A stretch of DNA of 40,449 nt from an uncultured Prevotellaceae bacterium. Lineage in GTDB: Bacteria > Bacteroidota > Bacteroidia > Bacteroidales > Bacteroidaceae. The stretch lies in assembly GCA_946187025.1 (NCBI GenBank), contig CAMHPM010000001.1, forward strand, positions 1 to 40,449, written 5' to 3'. Made by a program: the position numbers and the translations under genes. Every line of letters begins with the position of its first letter. Within the stretch, counting starts at the first letter, position 1. The notes beneath the pieces were generated by a model that was given only the letters and a program-made list of their open reading frames with translations, ran no database searches and was not told the origin of the DNA. Positions 7,544 to 15,388 of this stretch are shown piece by piece.

Positions 7544-7664
7544 AAACGGCAGGCTGTCAAGTATCAGTTTTTGCTGCCTTGGTGATTTCTTCTTTGCTGA
7601 CAGACATGGCCAGATTGTCGCTGACCATCATCTGCAGGTTTACGTTTTACTGTTTGCCACCGAC

Positions 7665-9002
7665 TTATACTTCTTGCAGTATCTCGCCCAATGTGGGGTG
7701 TATATGTATGATGCGATGTAGGTCGTCGATGGTGGCGCGGCTGGCGATGAGGGCTGTCACCTCCTGAACGATGTCGGCTGCATGTGGGCCGCATACGTGG
7801 CAGGCAAGGATGCGGCGGTCGTCGGTGCTGACTATCAGCTTCAGGAGTCCGTCGGTCTCGCCCATGGCTGCCGCCATCCCGTTGGCGCGGAAGCCGGCTT
7901 TGCGACATTCGACGTCGATGCCTGCGGCCGTGCATTGCTGCTGTGTGGGTCCCACGGCAGCGGCTTGCGGATGGGTGAAGACGGCTGCGGGAACGGGTGG
8001 ATGTGGTGCGTCGGTGGTGCGTCCGAGCAGGGTATCAACAGCGTGCAGGCCTTGATATGTGGCTGCATGTGCCAGCATCTGAAGGCCGTTGACATCGCCT
8101 ATGGCAAAGATGTGTGGCTGGGTGGTGCGGTAGTGATGATCAACGGTGATGCCATGACTGTTGTATTCCACACCTGCCATTTCGAGTTGCAGGCCCTCGG
8201 TGCGAGGCTTGCGCCCCGTGGCTATGAGCACGGTGTCGGCCTCGATGGTCTGTGTCTTGCCTTTGCGCTCGAAGGTGACTGTGTCGGCACCGATCGATGT
8301 GACTGCCGACTGCATGTAGAAGTTGACTCCACGGCGGCTGATGGTCTGCCGCACACGTCGGGCCACGTCGGTATCGATGGCTGGCAGACATTCGTCTTGA
8401 AACTCGACGACACTGACGTTGCAGCCGAAACTGCTGAATGCCGACGCAAACTCCATGCCTATCACTCCTGCACCGATGATGCAGAGGTTGCGGGGCAGCT
8501 GCCCGAGGCTGAGCATCTGTGTGCTGTCAAGTACATGCGGCTGATTGATTTCCTCGATGGGTGGCACCGCCGACTCTGAGCCGGTGGCGATGATGATGTG
8601 TGGGGCACTGTAGCTGTCGTCGCCTACGACGATGGTGTGGGGGTCGGCAAACTGTGCATGTCCGCTGACAAGTGTGATGCCTGGTGCCTGCATCAGCATC
8701 TCGACATTATGGCGCAATGACTCGACAATGGTCTGCTTGCGTGCCATGACTTGCTGGAAATCGATGGTGAACGAGTCGCCGCCCACGATTCCGAACTGTG
8801 ACGAACGGCGCATGGTGTCGGCCACTTCGGCCGAGTGACACAGGGTCTTGGTGGGAATACACCCGCAGTTGAGGCATGTGCCCCCTGCATGTTCCTGCTC
8901 GATGATTACCACCCCGAGACCTTGCTCAGCTGCATATTGTGCGGCCCGGTATCCGCCAGGACCCGAGCCGATGATGATGAGGTCGGTCGTTTGATTGGTC
9001 AT
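7665..9002 (-). CDS. lpdA: Dihydrolipoyl dehydrogenase (glycine cleavage L protein)
   Basis: FAD motif IIIGSGPGGY and redox disulfide GGTCLNCGCIPTK. The ATG at 9000-9002 overlaps the gcvPB TGA (8999-9001) as ATGA. An alternative upstream ATG at 9020 lies inside gcvPB. Confidence 0.9.
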   Translation of the reverse strand: MTNQTTDLIIIGSGPGGYRAAQYAAEQGLGVVIIEQEHAGGTCLNCGCIPTKTLCHSAEVADTMRRSSQFGIVGGDSFTIDFQQVMARKQTIVESLRHNVEMLMQAPGITLVSGHAQFADPHTIVVGDDSYSAPHIIIATGSESAVPPIEEINQPHVLDSTQMLSLGQLPRNLCIIGAGVIGMEFASAFSSFGCNVSVVEFQDECLPAIDTDVARRVRQTISRRGVNFYMQSAVTSIGADTVTFERKGKTQTIEADTVLIATGRKPRTEGLQLEMAGVEYNSHGITVDHHYRTTQPHIFAIGDVNGLQMLAHAATYQGLHAVDTLLGRTTDAPHPPVPAAVFTHPQAAAVGPTQQQCTAAGIDVECRKAGFRANGMAAAMGETDGLLKLIVSTDDRRILACHVCGPHAADIVQEVTALIASRATIDDLHRIIHIHPTLGEILQEV

Positions 9003-10471
9003 GCTTGTGTATGTTTCCAAGTGAGAACAGGATTCTTTGCTGCCAACACATCGTCAACACGTCCTATCGGGGTGCTATGCGGCGCGCCCTTCACCTCGTC
9101 GGGGTTGGTTTGAGCCTCGCGGGCAATGCTGTGCATCACCTCGATAAAGCCGTCGATGGTCTCTTTCGACTCGTTCTCGGTCGGTTCAATCATGAGCGAC
9201 TCGTGGAACAGCAACGGGAAATAGATGGTTGGAGCGTGGTAGCCATAATCGAGCAGACGCTTGGCCACATCCATCGTGGTCACGCCCTGCGACTTGTCGC
9301 GAAGGCCGTCGAACACGAATTCGTGCATACAAGGGCTGTCGATAGGCAGGAGGTAGTCGTCGCGCAGTTGCTCCTTGATGTAGTTGGCGTTGAGCGTGGC
9401 GAGCGGTCCCACAAGGCCGAGGTTTTCGCGTCCCATGGTGAGTATGTATGCGTATGCACGGAGCACCACGGCATAGTTGCCGAAGAACTGACCGATGCTG
9501 CCCAGCGACTGCTCATACCGTCCGGTCTTCACACTGAATGTGCCATCGGCGTCTTTTACGACACGCGGTGTAGGCAGGAACGGCTCGAGGCCGGCACGCA
9601 CTCCTACGGGGCCGCTGCCAGGGCCTCCACCTCCGTGTGGTGTGGAGAATGTCTTGTGAAGGTTGATGTGCATCACGTCGAATCCCATATCGCCCGGGCG
9701 GCATACGCCGAGCATGGGGTTGAGGTTGGCACCGTCGTAGTACATAAGTCCGCCACACTGGTGGACGAGTGTCTGTATCTCAGGTATGTTGTGTTCGAAG
9801 AGTCCTAAGGTGTTGGGGTTGGTCATCATCATACATGCCACTCCTTCGTCGAGCTTCGACTTCAGGTCATCGACATCGACGGTTCCGTCGGCCTGCGACT
9901 TCACTTCCACCACCTCGAGGCCGCACACCGCAGCCGAAGCGGGGTTGGTGCCGTGAGCCGAATCGGGGATGAGCACCTTGGTACGACGGTCGTCGCCACG
10001 GCTCTGGTGGTAAGCACGTATCACCATCAATCCGGTGAGTTCGCCATGAGCACCGGCGCAGGGGTTGAGGGTGAACTGGCTGAGGCCGGTGATGGCCGCC
10101 AGCATCGATTGCAACTCATGATAAATGCGCAGGGCACCCTGGCACGTCTCGGCTGGTTGCAGCGGATGCAAGCCGGCAAACTGCTGCATGGCGGCTACCT
10201 CTTCGTTGATTACTGGGTTGTATTTCATGGTGCAACTGCCCAGCGGATAAAATCCGTTGTTCACACCGAAGTTGTTGGCGCTGTGGTTGGTGTAGTGGCG
10301 CACCACGGTCGGTTCGTCACACTCTGGCAGCTCGGGTGCTTTTCCTCTCAGCAGGTTGGCAGGCAGGTCGGCCGGTGTATAGCCTTCGTATTCGCTATGT
10401 GGCAGTGAATAGCCCTTGCGGCCCGGGTGCGACAGCTCGATTATGAGCTTTCCATATAGTTTGTTGTTCAT
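8999..10471 (-). CDS. gcvPB: Glycine dehydrogenase (decarboxylating) subunit 2
   Basis: 490-aa ORF. It has the PLP-lysine region NLHKTFSTPHGGGGPG typical of the P-protein beta subunit and follows gcvPA. Confidence 0.9.
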   Translation of the reverse strand: MNNKLYGKLIIELSHPGRKGYSLPHSEYEGYTPADLPANLLRGKAPELPECDEPTVVRHYTNHSANNFGVNNGFYPLGSCTMKYNPVINEEVAAMQQFAGLHPLQPAETCQGALRIYHELQSMLAAITGLSQFTLNPCAGAHGELTGLMVIRAYHQSRGDDRRTKVLIPDSAHGTNPASAAVCGLEVVEVKSQADGTVDVDDLKSKLDEGVACMMMTNPNTLGLFEHNIPEIQTLVHQCGGLMYYDGANLNPMLGVCRPGDMGFDVMHINLHKTFSTPHGGGGPGSGPVGVRAGLEPFLPTPRVVKDADGTFSVKTGRYEQSLGSIGQFFGNYAVVLRAYAYILTMGRENLGLVGPLATLNANYIKEQLRDDYLLPIDSPCMHEFVFDGLRDKSQGVTTMDVAKRLLDYGYHAPTIYFPLLFHESLMIEPTENESKETIDGFIEVMHSIAREAQTNPDEVKGAPHSTPIGRVDDVLAAKNPVLTWKHTQA

Positions 10472-10688
10472 CGTCTCATTTACTATTTACGATTTACCAT
10501 TTAATTATTTGGAATGGAAAGGAATGGAAAAAAAGTTATCGCTTCGCTATGAAGTTAAAAGGACGGATGTTGCCTCGGAGTAGGTATCGTCCCTTTAACT
10601 TCCCTTTAACTTCCCTTTTTACTCCCTTTTAACTTCTTTTTAACTTCTGTTTTATTTACTATTTACGATTTATGTACTATTTAACTAT
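10472..10688. repeat. Composite repeat-filled spacer between gcvPA and gcvPB
   Basis: Contains catttactatttacgatttaccatttaattattt (10477-10510), ggaatggaaa x2 (10511-10530), a 15-bp hairpin GAAGTTAAAAGGACG (10551-10565) / CGTCCCTTTAACTTC (10588-10602) with a 22-nt loop, CTTTAACTTCC word repeats (10588-10649) and tttatttactatttacgatttatgtactatttaactattt (10651-10690). Confidence 0.8.
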
Positions 10689-12032
10689 TTAGTTATTTTC
10701 ATCCGGATAAAGGTTATGTTCTATGACTTCCACCAGTCGGTCGATTTCTTCCTTCGTGCGTTTCTCTGTTACGGCAAACATGATGGTGTGTTCGCCGGTC
10801 TTGATGCCGGCCATGAATCCTTGTTCGAGGCATCTTGCCTGCAAGGCATCGATGTCGCCATCGTAGCGGAGGCAGAACTCATTGAAGAATGGCTGGTCGA
10901 ATTCCAGTGTGAAGTGTCCTGTCGCAATCAACTTCTGACACATATAGTGCGCTCCGGCATACGACATGTTGGCTGCCTCTACCAGTCCTTGCTTGCCCAT
11001 GAGCGACATATAGACGGTTGCGAACAGTGCCATGAGGCTCTGGTTGGAGCAGATGTTTGATGTTGCCTTCTGCCGGCGTATGTGTTGTTCGCGTGCTTGC
11101 AGGGTGAGTACGAAAGCGCGGTTGCCACGATTGTCGCGTGTCATACCCACGATTCGTCCCGGCATCTTGCGCACGAGGCGCTCGGTGCAGCACATATATC
11201 CCACCGACGGGCCTCCGTAGCTCATCGGTATGCCGAGGCTCTGACCGTCGCCCACAGCCACGTCGGCACCCCACTGGCCCGGTGTCTTGAGCACTGCCAG
11301 GTCGGCTGCCACGCTGTTGATGATGAAGAGTGCCTTGCTTTCGTGGATGAGGTCGGCAAATCCTGTGTAGTCTTCAACGATGCCATAGTAGTTGGGCATC
11401 TGCACCACCACTCCGGCCACTCCGCCTGCTGCCAGCTTGCGCTCCAGGTCGAGGCGGTCGGTCGTTCCGTCGTGGGCTTCGATGGTCTCAGTCTTTATAC
11501 CGTGATAGTGGGCATAGGTGTCAACCACGCGACGAATCTTGGGGTCGATGGTGGCTGATATGAGCACGGTGTCGGCCTTCTTGGCTACTGCCACTGCCAT
11601 GATTGCAGCCTCGGCCGTGGCTGTTGCACCGTCGTACATCGAAGCGTTGGATATGTCCATGCCGGTGAGTTCGGCCATCATCGATTGGAATTCGAAGATG
11701 TAGTGTAGTGTTCCCTGTGCTATCTCTGCCTGGTATGGTGTATAGCTGGTAAGATATTCGGAACGTGCGATGATGTTTGGCACCACCGACGGTGTGTAGT
11801 GGTCGTAGATGCCAGCACCGGCAAATATGGTGAGCAGTGTGTTTTGCTGTCCCAACTGCTCCAGATGTCGGCGCAACTCCAGTTCGCTCATGCCTGCCGG
11901 CAGGTCGTAGTCGCCCTTGAAGCGTATGCTGTCGGGGATGACGTCGAACAACTGGTCGAGACTTTTGTGGCCGACAGCCTCCAGCATGTCGTGGATGTCG
12001 GCTTCGGTGTGAGGAAAATATTTGTGACTCAT
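10689..12032 (-). CDS. gcvPA: Glycine dehydrogenase (decarboxylating) subunit 1
   Basis: 447-aa ORF. It starts MSHKYFPHTEADIHDMLEAVG and has SYTPYQAEIAQGTL, typical of the P-protein alpha subunit. Operon context supports the call. Confidence 0.9.
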   Translation of the reverse strand: MSHKYFPHTEADIHDMLEAVGHKSLDQLFDVIPDSIRFKGDYDLPAGMSELELRRHLEQLGQQNTLLTIFAGAGIYDHYTPSVVPNIIARSEYLTSYTPYQAEIAQGTLHYIFEFQSMMAELTGMDISNASMYDGATATAEAAIMAVAVAKKADTVLISATIDPKIRRVVDTYAHYHGIKTETIEAHDGTTDRLDLERKLAAGGVAGVVVQMPNYYGIVEDYTGFADLIHESKALFIINSVAADLAVLKTPGQWGADVAVGDGQSLGIPMSYGGPSVGYMCCTERLVRKMPGRIVGMTRDNRGNRAFVLTLQAREQHIRRQKATSNICSNQSLMALFATVYMSLMGKQGLVEAANMSYAGAHYMCQKLIATGHFTLEFDQPFFNEFCLRYDGDIDALQARCLEQGFMAGIKTGEHTIMFAVTEKRTKEEIDRLVEVIEHNLYPDENN

Positions 12033-12070
12033 GCCTTTGTGTGTAGGAGTGAGAGAATGTGTATGTGTGT

Positions 12071-12454
12071 TTAATGGTTGGCGCAGAATGCCTCGTAGGC
12101 AGCTGCATCCATCAGGTCGTTGAGTTCGTCGGGATTGCTCATCTCCACCTTGATAATCCAGTTGGCGTATGCGTCGGCATTGAGCAGTTCGGGTTGGTCG
12201 GCCAGTGCCTCATTCACTTCGACCACGGTTCCGCTCACGGGCGAGTTGAGGTCGCTGGCGGCCTTCACGCTCTCCACGGCTCCGAATTCTGCACCTGCCT
12301 CAACATCGTCGTCAACATCGGGCATATCTACATAAACCACGTTGCCCAGTGCGTTCTGAGCATAATCGGTGATTCCTACATAGCCATATTGGCCGTCTAT
12401 TCTCACATACTCATGACTCTCGCTGTAGTAGAGTCCTTCTAATACTTTTGACAT
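12071..12454 (-). CDS. gcvH: Glycine cleavage system H protein
   Basis: 127-aa ORF with the lipoyl-lysine motif VESVKAASD and YSESHEYV near the N-terminus. Confidence 0.92.
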   Translation of the reverse strand: MSKVLEGLYYSESHEYVRIDGQYGYVGITDYAQNALGNVVYVDMPDVDDDVEAGAEFGAVESVKAASDLNSPVSGTVVEVNEALADQPELLNADAYANWIIKVEMSNPDELNDLMDAAAYEAFCANH

Positions 12455-12462
12455 AATCTTAT

Positions 12463-12503
12463 TTAATGAATAATGAATAATGAATAATTAATAATGAATA
12501 GCT
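12463..12503 (-). repeat. AT-rich leader cassette (CTATTCATTATTAATTATTCATTATTCATT family) just 5' of gcvH
   Basis: The minus strand reads gCTATTCATTATTAATTATTCATTATTCATTATTCATTaaataagattATG. Near-identical cassettes sit 5' of argH, apt and deoC. Confidence 0.8.
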
Positions 12504-12562
12504 GGTGCTTGAAGTAGATTGCCAATAGTTCCAATCTCACCTGCACGTACCTGGTCTAGCCT

Positions 12563-13654
12563 TTACTTCTTATAATGTTTCTCGTAGAAGCGTTTCTTCA
12601 CCACCACTCCCTTGAAGGTCTTTTTGCGGATTTGTATCTCGAGTTGGGTGTCCAGTTTGGCATATTCGGTATCGACGAGGGCCATACATACGCTCTTGCC
12701 CGTGGATATCGAGTTGTAGCCGGTGGTCACTTCGCCTACCTTCTTTCCGTCGGCCAGCACATCGTAGCCGTGGCGTGGTATGGCCCGGTCGGCCAGTTCG
12801 ATGCCTACGATGCGGCGTGCCACTCCCTCCTCTTTCTGTTTCACAAGTGCTTCCTTGCCTATGAATTCAGGTTTGTCGAGTTTGCAGAACATGCTGAGTC
12901 CTGCCATCACAGGCGATATGTCGGCACTGAGTTCGTCGCCGTAGAGTGGCAGGCCTACTTCAAAGCGCAGTGTGTCGCGGCATCCGAGTCCGCATGGCTT
13001 GCAGCGGCCAGAGTCGATGAGGCGGTCCCACTGGCGGCGTATGAAGTCGTGTGATGCATATATCTCGAATCCGTCTTCGCCTGTATATCCGGTGCGGCTC
13101 ACGATGATGTTCTCGCCTTCGTGCTCGATGGTTTTGGCGTGATAGAAGGTGAGGTCGCTGCCGTCGATGCCCAGCACTTCGGCCATCACGCTTTCCGACT
13201 CGGGTCCCTGTATGGCCAGCTGTCCGTAGTGGTCGGACAGGTTGCGCAGGTCGATGTCGAATCCTTCGGCATGGCTTTGCATCCACTCCCAGTCTTTGTC
13301 GATGTTGGCTGCATTGATTACGAGGAAGAAGTCGTCTTGCCCCATCTTATACACCAGCAGGTCATCGACCGTTCCGCCGTCGGGGTAGCACATCATGCCG
13401 TAGTAGATTTGTCCCGTGGGTGCATCGGTGATGTCGTTGGTGAAGATATGGTTCACATATCGTTCGGCATCGCGCCCCTTGACGCTCACTTCGCCCATGT
13501 GCGACACGTCGAACACTCCACAATGCTGCCTGACTGCATTATGTTCGTCGATGATGCCAGAATACTGGATTGGCATGTCGAATCCGCCGAAGGGCGAAAT
13601 CAGTGCACCCAGTGCCACATGTTTGTCGTATAGACACGTACGTTTGTTTTCCAT
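12563..13654 (-). CDS. gcvT: Aminomethyltransferase (glycine cleavage T protein)
   Basis: 363-aa ORF with LYDKHVALGALISPFGGFDMPIQY and VFDVSHMGE blocks characteristic of GcvT. Confidence 0.92.
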   Translation of the reverse strand: MENKRTCLYDKHVALGALISPFGGFDMPIQYSGIIDEHNAVRQHCGVFDVSHMGEVSVKGRDAERYVNHIFTNDITDAPTGQIYYGMMCYPDGGTVDDLLVYKMGQDDFFLVINAANIDKDWEWMQSHAEGFDIDLRNLSDHYGQLAIQGPESESVMAEVLGIDGSDLTFYHAKTIEHEGENIIVSRTGYTGEDGFEIYASHDFIRRQWDRLIDSGRCKPCGLGCRDTLRFEVGLPLYGDELSADISPVMAGLSMFCKLDKPEFIGKEALVKQKEEGVARRIVGIELADRAIPRHGYDVLADGKKVGEVTTGYNSISTGKSVCMALVDTEYAKLDTQLEIQIRKKTFKGVVVKKRFYEKHYKK

Positions 13655-13660
13655 AATCTT

Positions 13661-13718
13661 ATTTACTATTTACAGATTGACCATTTACTATTTGTATTTA
13701 TTGTTCATTTACGATTTA
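13661..13718 (-). repeat. GTAAATAGTAAAT-type AT-rich word repeat 5' of gcvT
   Basis: The minus strand reads gttaaatcgtaaatgaacaataaatacaaatagtaaatggtcaatctgtaaatagtaaat. The same words flank gcvPB and gcvPA. Confidence 0.75.
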
Positions 13719-13719
13719 A

Positions 13720-14787
13720 CTATCTAGCTATTTTTTCCGGATGGCACTCCCTCCCCATAAAGGGGGAGGGCTGGGGAGAGGGTCTGTCTCTCCCCCCTGG
13801 GGGAGCAGGGAGGGGGCCCATTATCAGTTCCACAAAGTCCAGCTTGCTGAGGTTACGCACAACTTGCGGCAGCGTGTCGGGCACAACCTTCAGCAGGGCT
13901 TCATGGTTGAATGGTGTGCCTTTCATGCGGTGCAGTATGCTGTCGAGGTCGCCCATGATGAAGTAGTCGCCAAACATGTCGATGTCTTTCAGCACTCCGC
14001 GGCTCACTTCCATGTGTGCTTCGATGGTGCCCACGCCTTCAATCCTGCGACGGCGCACCACCGTGTAGCGTGGGTTGCGCCCGTAGATGAAGGCAGGGTC
14101 GAGGTATTCGCGTTCTATCTCGCGTATGCGACGGAGGTCGTCGGCTGTGAGACAGAGCTCGTCGTGGCACAACGTGGTGCGTACGTGTTGCTTGAAATCG
14201 TCGATGCTTAGGTCGAGATGGTCTTTGAGTAGGGTGATGCGTCCTCTCACGCTCTTCACGCCTTTGCTCTCGAGTTTCTGTGTGTCGGGGGTGATGCTGC
14301 CCAGCATGTGCTCCATGTTGGTGTCGTAGAGCATGGTGCCATGCACCACGCTATATCCTGGCAGGTGGTAGAATGCGTTGCCGCTCACTTTGCGCTGGCC
14401 GACCAGGATGTCGTTGCGCGGAGTGCCGTGGGCGTCGAGTCCCAACTGCCTGAGCATGGTCACCACCATGGTGATGTATCGGTTGTAGGTAAGTGCCACA
14501 CTATCCTGTGGCGTGATGTAAGAGAACATGATATTGCCACGGTCGGCATACACGCATCCGCCGCCGCTCTTGCGACGATACATCCGTATGCCGTGAGTGC
14601 GACAATAAGCGGTGTTCACTTCGGTGTCAATCAGTTGGTTACGACCAAAGATGACACTCGGCTCCACCTGCCACATGAAGAAGGCCTCATGCGGCAAACG
14701 TTTCTCTCGTGCCAGGTATTCCTCGGTGGCGAGATAGAAACTCAGGGGCAAGCGGTCGCACCCCTCGGGTAAGGATATATAAACCAT
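13720..14787 (-). CDS. lplA: Lipoate-protein ligase A, whose last ~32 codons are read out of a G/C-rich repeat copy
   Basis: 355-aa ORF with blocks typical of LplA/BPL_LplA_LipB (RRKSGGGCVYADRGNIMFSY, KVSGNAFY). The C-terminus GPLPAPPGGRDRPSPQPSPFMGRECHPEKIAR coincides with repeat 13736-13818. Confidence 0.85.
   Translation of the reverse strand: MVYISLPEGCDRLPLSFYLATEEYLAREKRLPHEAFFMWQVEPSVIFGRNQLIDTEVNTAYCRTHGIRMYRRKSGGGCVYADRGNIMFSYITPQDSVALTYNRYITMVVTMLRQLGLDAHGTPRNDILVGQRKVSGNAFYHLPGYSVVHGTMLYDTNMEHMLGSITPDTQKLESKGVKSVRGRITLLKDHLDLSIDDFKQHVRTTLCHDELCLTADDLRRIREIEREYLDPAFIYGRNPRYTVVRRRRIEGVGTIEAHMEVSRGVLKDIDMFGDYFIMGDLDSILHRMKGTPFNHEALLKVVPDTLPQVVRNLSKLDFVELIMGPLPAPPGGRDRPSPQPSPFMGRECHPEKIAR
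13736..13818. repeat. G/C-rich dispersed element, a partial copy overlapping the 3' end of lplA
   Basis: tccggatggcactccctcccc matches the element terminus. Hairpins are CCCTCCCC/GGGGAGGG and GGGAGAG/CTCTCCC. The core ctctcccccctgggggagcagggaggggg lies at 13788-13816. Confidence 0.6.
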
Positions 14788-14803
14788 AGTAAGGATATCG
14801 ATG

Positions 14804-14811
14804 CAAATATA
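14804..14811 (-). promoter_or_regulatory. Bacteroidetes-type -7 box (TATATTTG) for the lplA-gcv operon
   Basis: The minus strand reads cTATATTTGcatcgatatccttactATG, matching TAnnTTTG with 16 nt between the box and the lplA ATG. Confidence 0.35.
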
Positions 14812-15213
14812 GGTAGTTTTTATTTATCACGCAAATAAAAACCTGTTTTTTTTCGTGCCCGGGTTCGAAACATCTCTTTCATATTGTATCTGATACACCC
14901 CTTTTTGCTTTCATTCTGAAAGCGTAGTGCAAGTCAATAGCGGTATATACATATCGCATGTGATGTCAGAAAGTAACCAAAAGTAAAATAGAAGAATAAA
15001 TCTTGCACCCCCTCGTTTTGCATTCGCGGACATACTTCATGATGCTCCTCCATCCTGCGTCGGAGTCAATATGACAACAGTGGGAGGTTCTGCAATATAG
15101 GGAAGGGTAAGGAACACTTGTGGGGTGCTACAATCTCCCCCCGATTATTAGCCTTCACACTCCACTCATTATCTGTCTCCAAAAGCGGACTTTGATAATC
15201 AAACACTTGCATT

Positions 15214-15310
15214 CTCAAGCCGTCCCTTGTGCTTGAGAGAGTCGTCCCCCGTGCAGGGGACGACCGTACTTTGCGTAAAGTACGACCGTACTCTGTACGG
15301 GGGACGACTC
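15214..15310 (-). other. Multi-hairpin structured element in the 3' region of the giant gene, a candidate terminator, insulator or structured RNA
   Basis: Stems are CTCAAGC (15214-20) / GCTTGAG (15231-37), GTCGTCCCC (15241-49) / GGGGACGAC (15256-64), CGTACTTT (15265-72) / AAAGTACG (15277-84) and CCGTAC (15286-91) / GTACGG (15295-300). A competing 12-bp pairing joins GAGTCGTCCCCC (15239-50) to GGGGGACGACTC (15299-310). Confidence 0.45.
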
Positions 15311-15314
15311 GAAA

Positions 15315-15388
15315 CTGCGTGCTCGTAGCATCAATTCTGCGTGCTCGTAGCATCACTTCTGTGTGCTCGTAGCATCACTTCTGCAATC
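15315..15388. repeat. 22-bp-period tandem array (3.4 units) abutting the giant-gene stop codon
   Basis: Units are ctgcgtgctcgtagcatcaatt (15315-36), ctgcgtgctcgtagcatcactt (15337-58), ctgtgtgctcgtagcatcactt (15359-80) and a partial ctgcaatc. The stop codon is at 15389-15391. Confidence 0.85.

Noticed and set aside
7566-7640. 24-aa ORF (MMVSDNLAMSVSKEEITKAAKTDT) on the minus strand just downstream of lpdA.
   Set aside because: It is too short and featureless to support as a gene without conservation or expression data.
14862-14869. GGTTCGAA string suggesting a tRNA T-loop.
   Set aside because: The flanking bases (cccgGGTTCGAAacatc) cannot form a T-stem, and no acceptor or anticodon arms can be drawn.
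14788-15213. Glycine riboswitch or other leader RNA upstream of the lplA-gcv operon.
   Set aside because: I read the minus strand for the GGAGAG ... CACCGAAGGGGCAA ... CUCAGGCAAAAGGAC pattern. Only loose fragments appear (ggatggaggag, cgagggggtgcaag). The -7 box sits 16 nt from the ATG, which leaves no room for an aptamer in the leader. The gcvT upstream spacer is only 65 nt.
15066-15356. 96-aa ORF (-) in the spacer between the giant gene and lplA.
   Set aside because: It starts inside the 22-bp array and runs through the multi-hairpin element. Its composition is Arg/Ser/Thr-rich, with no motif and no sensible start context.
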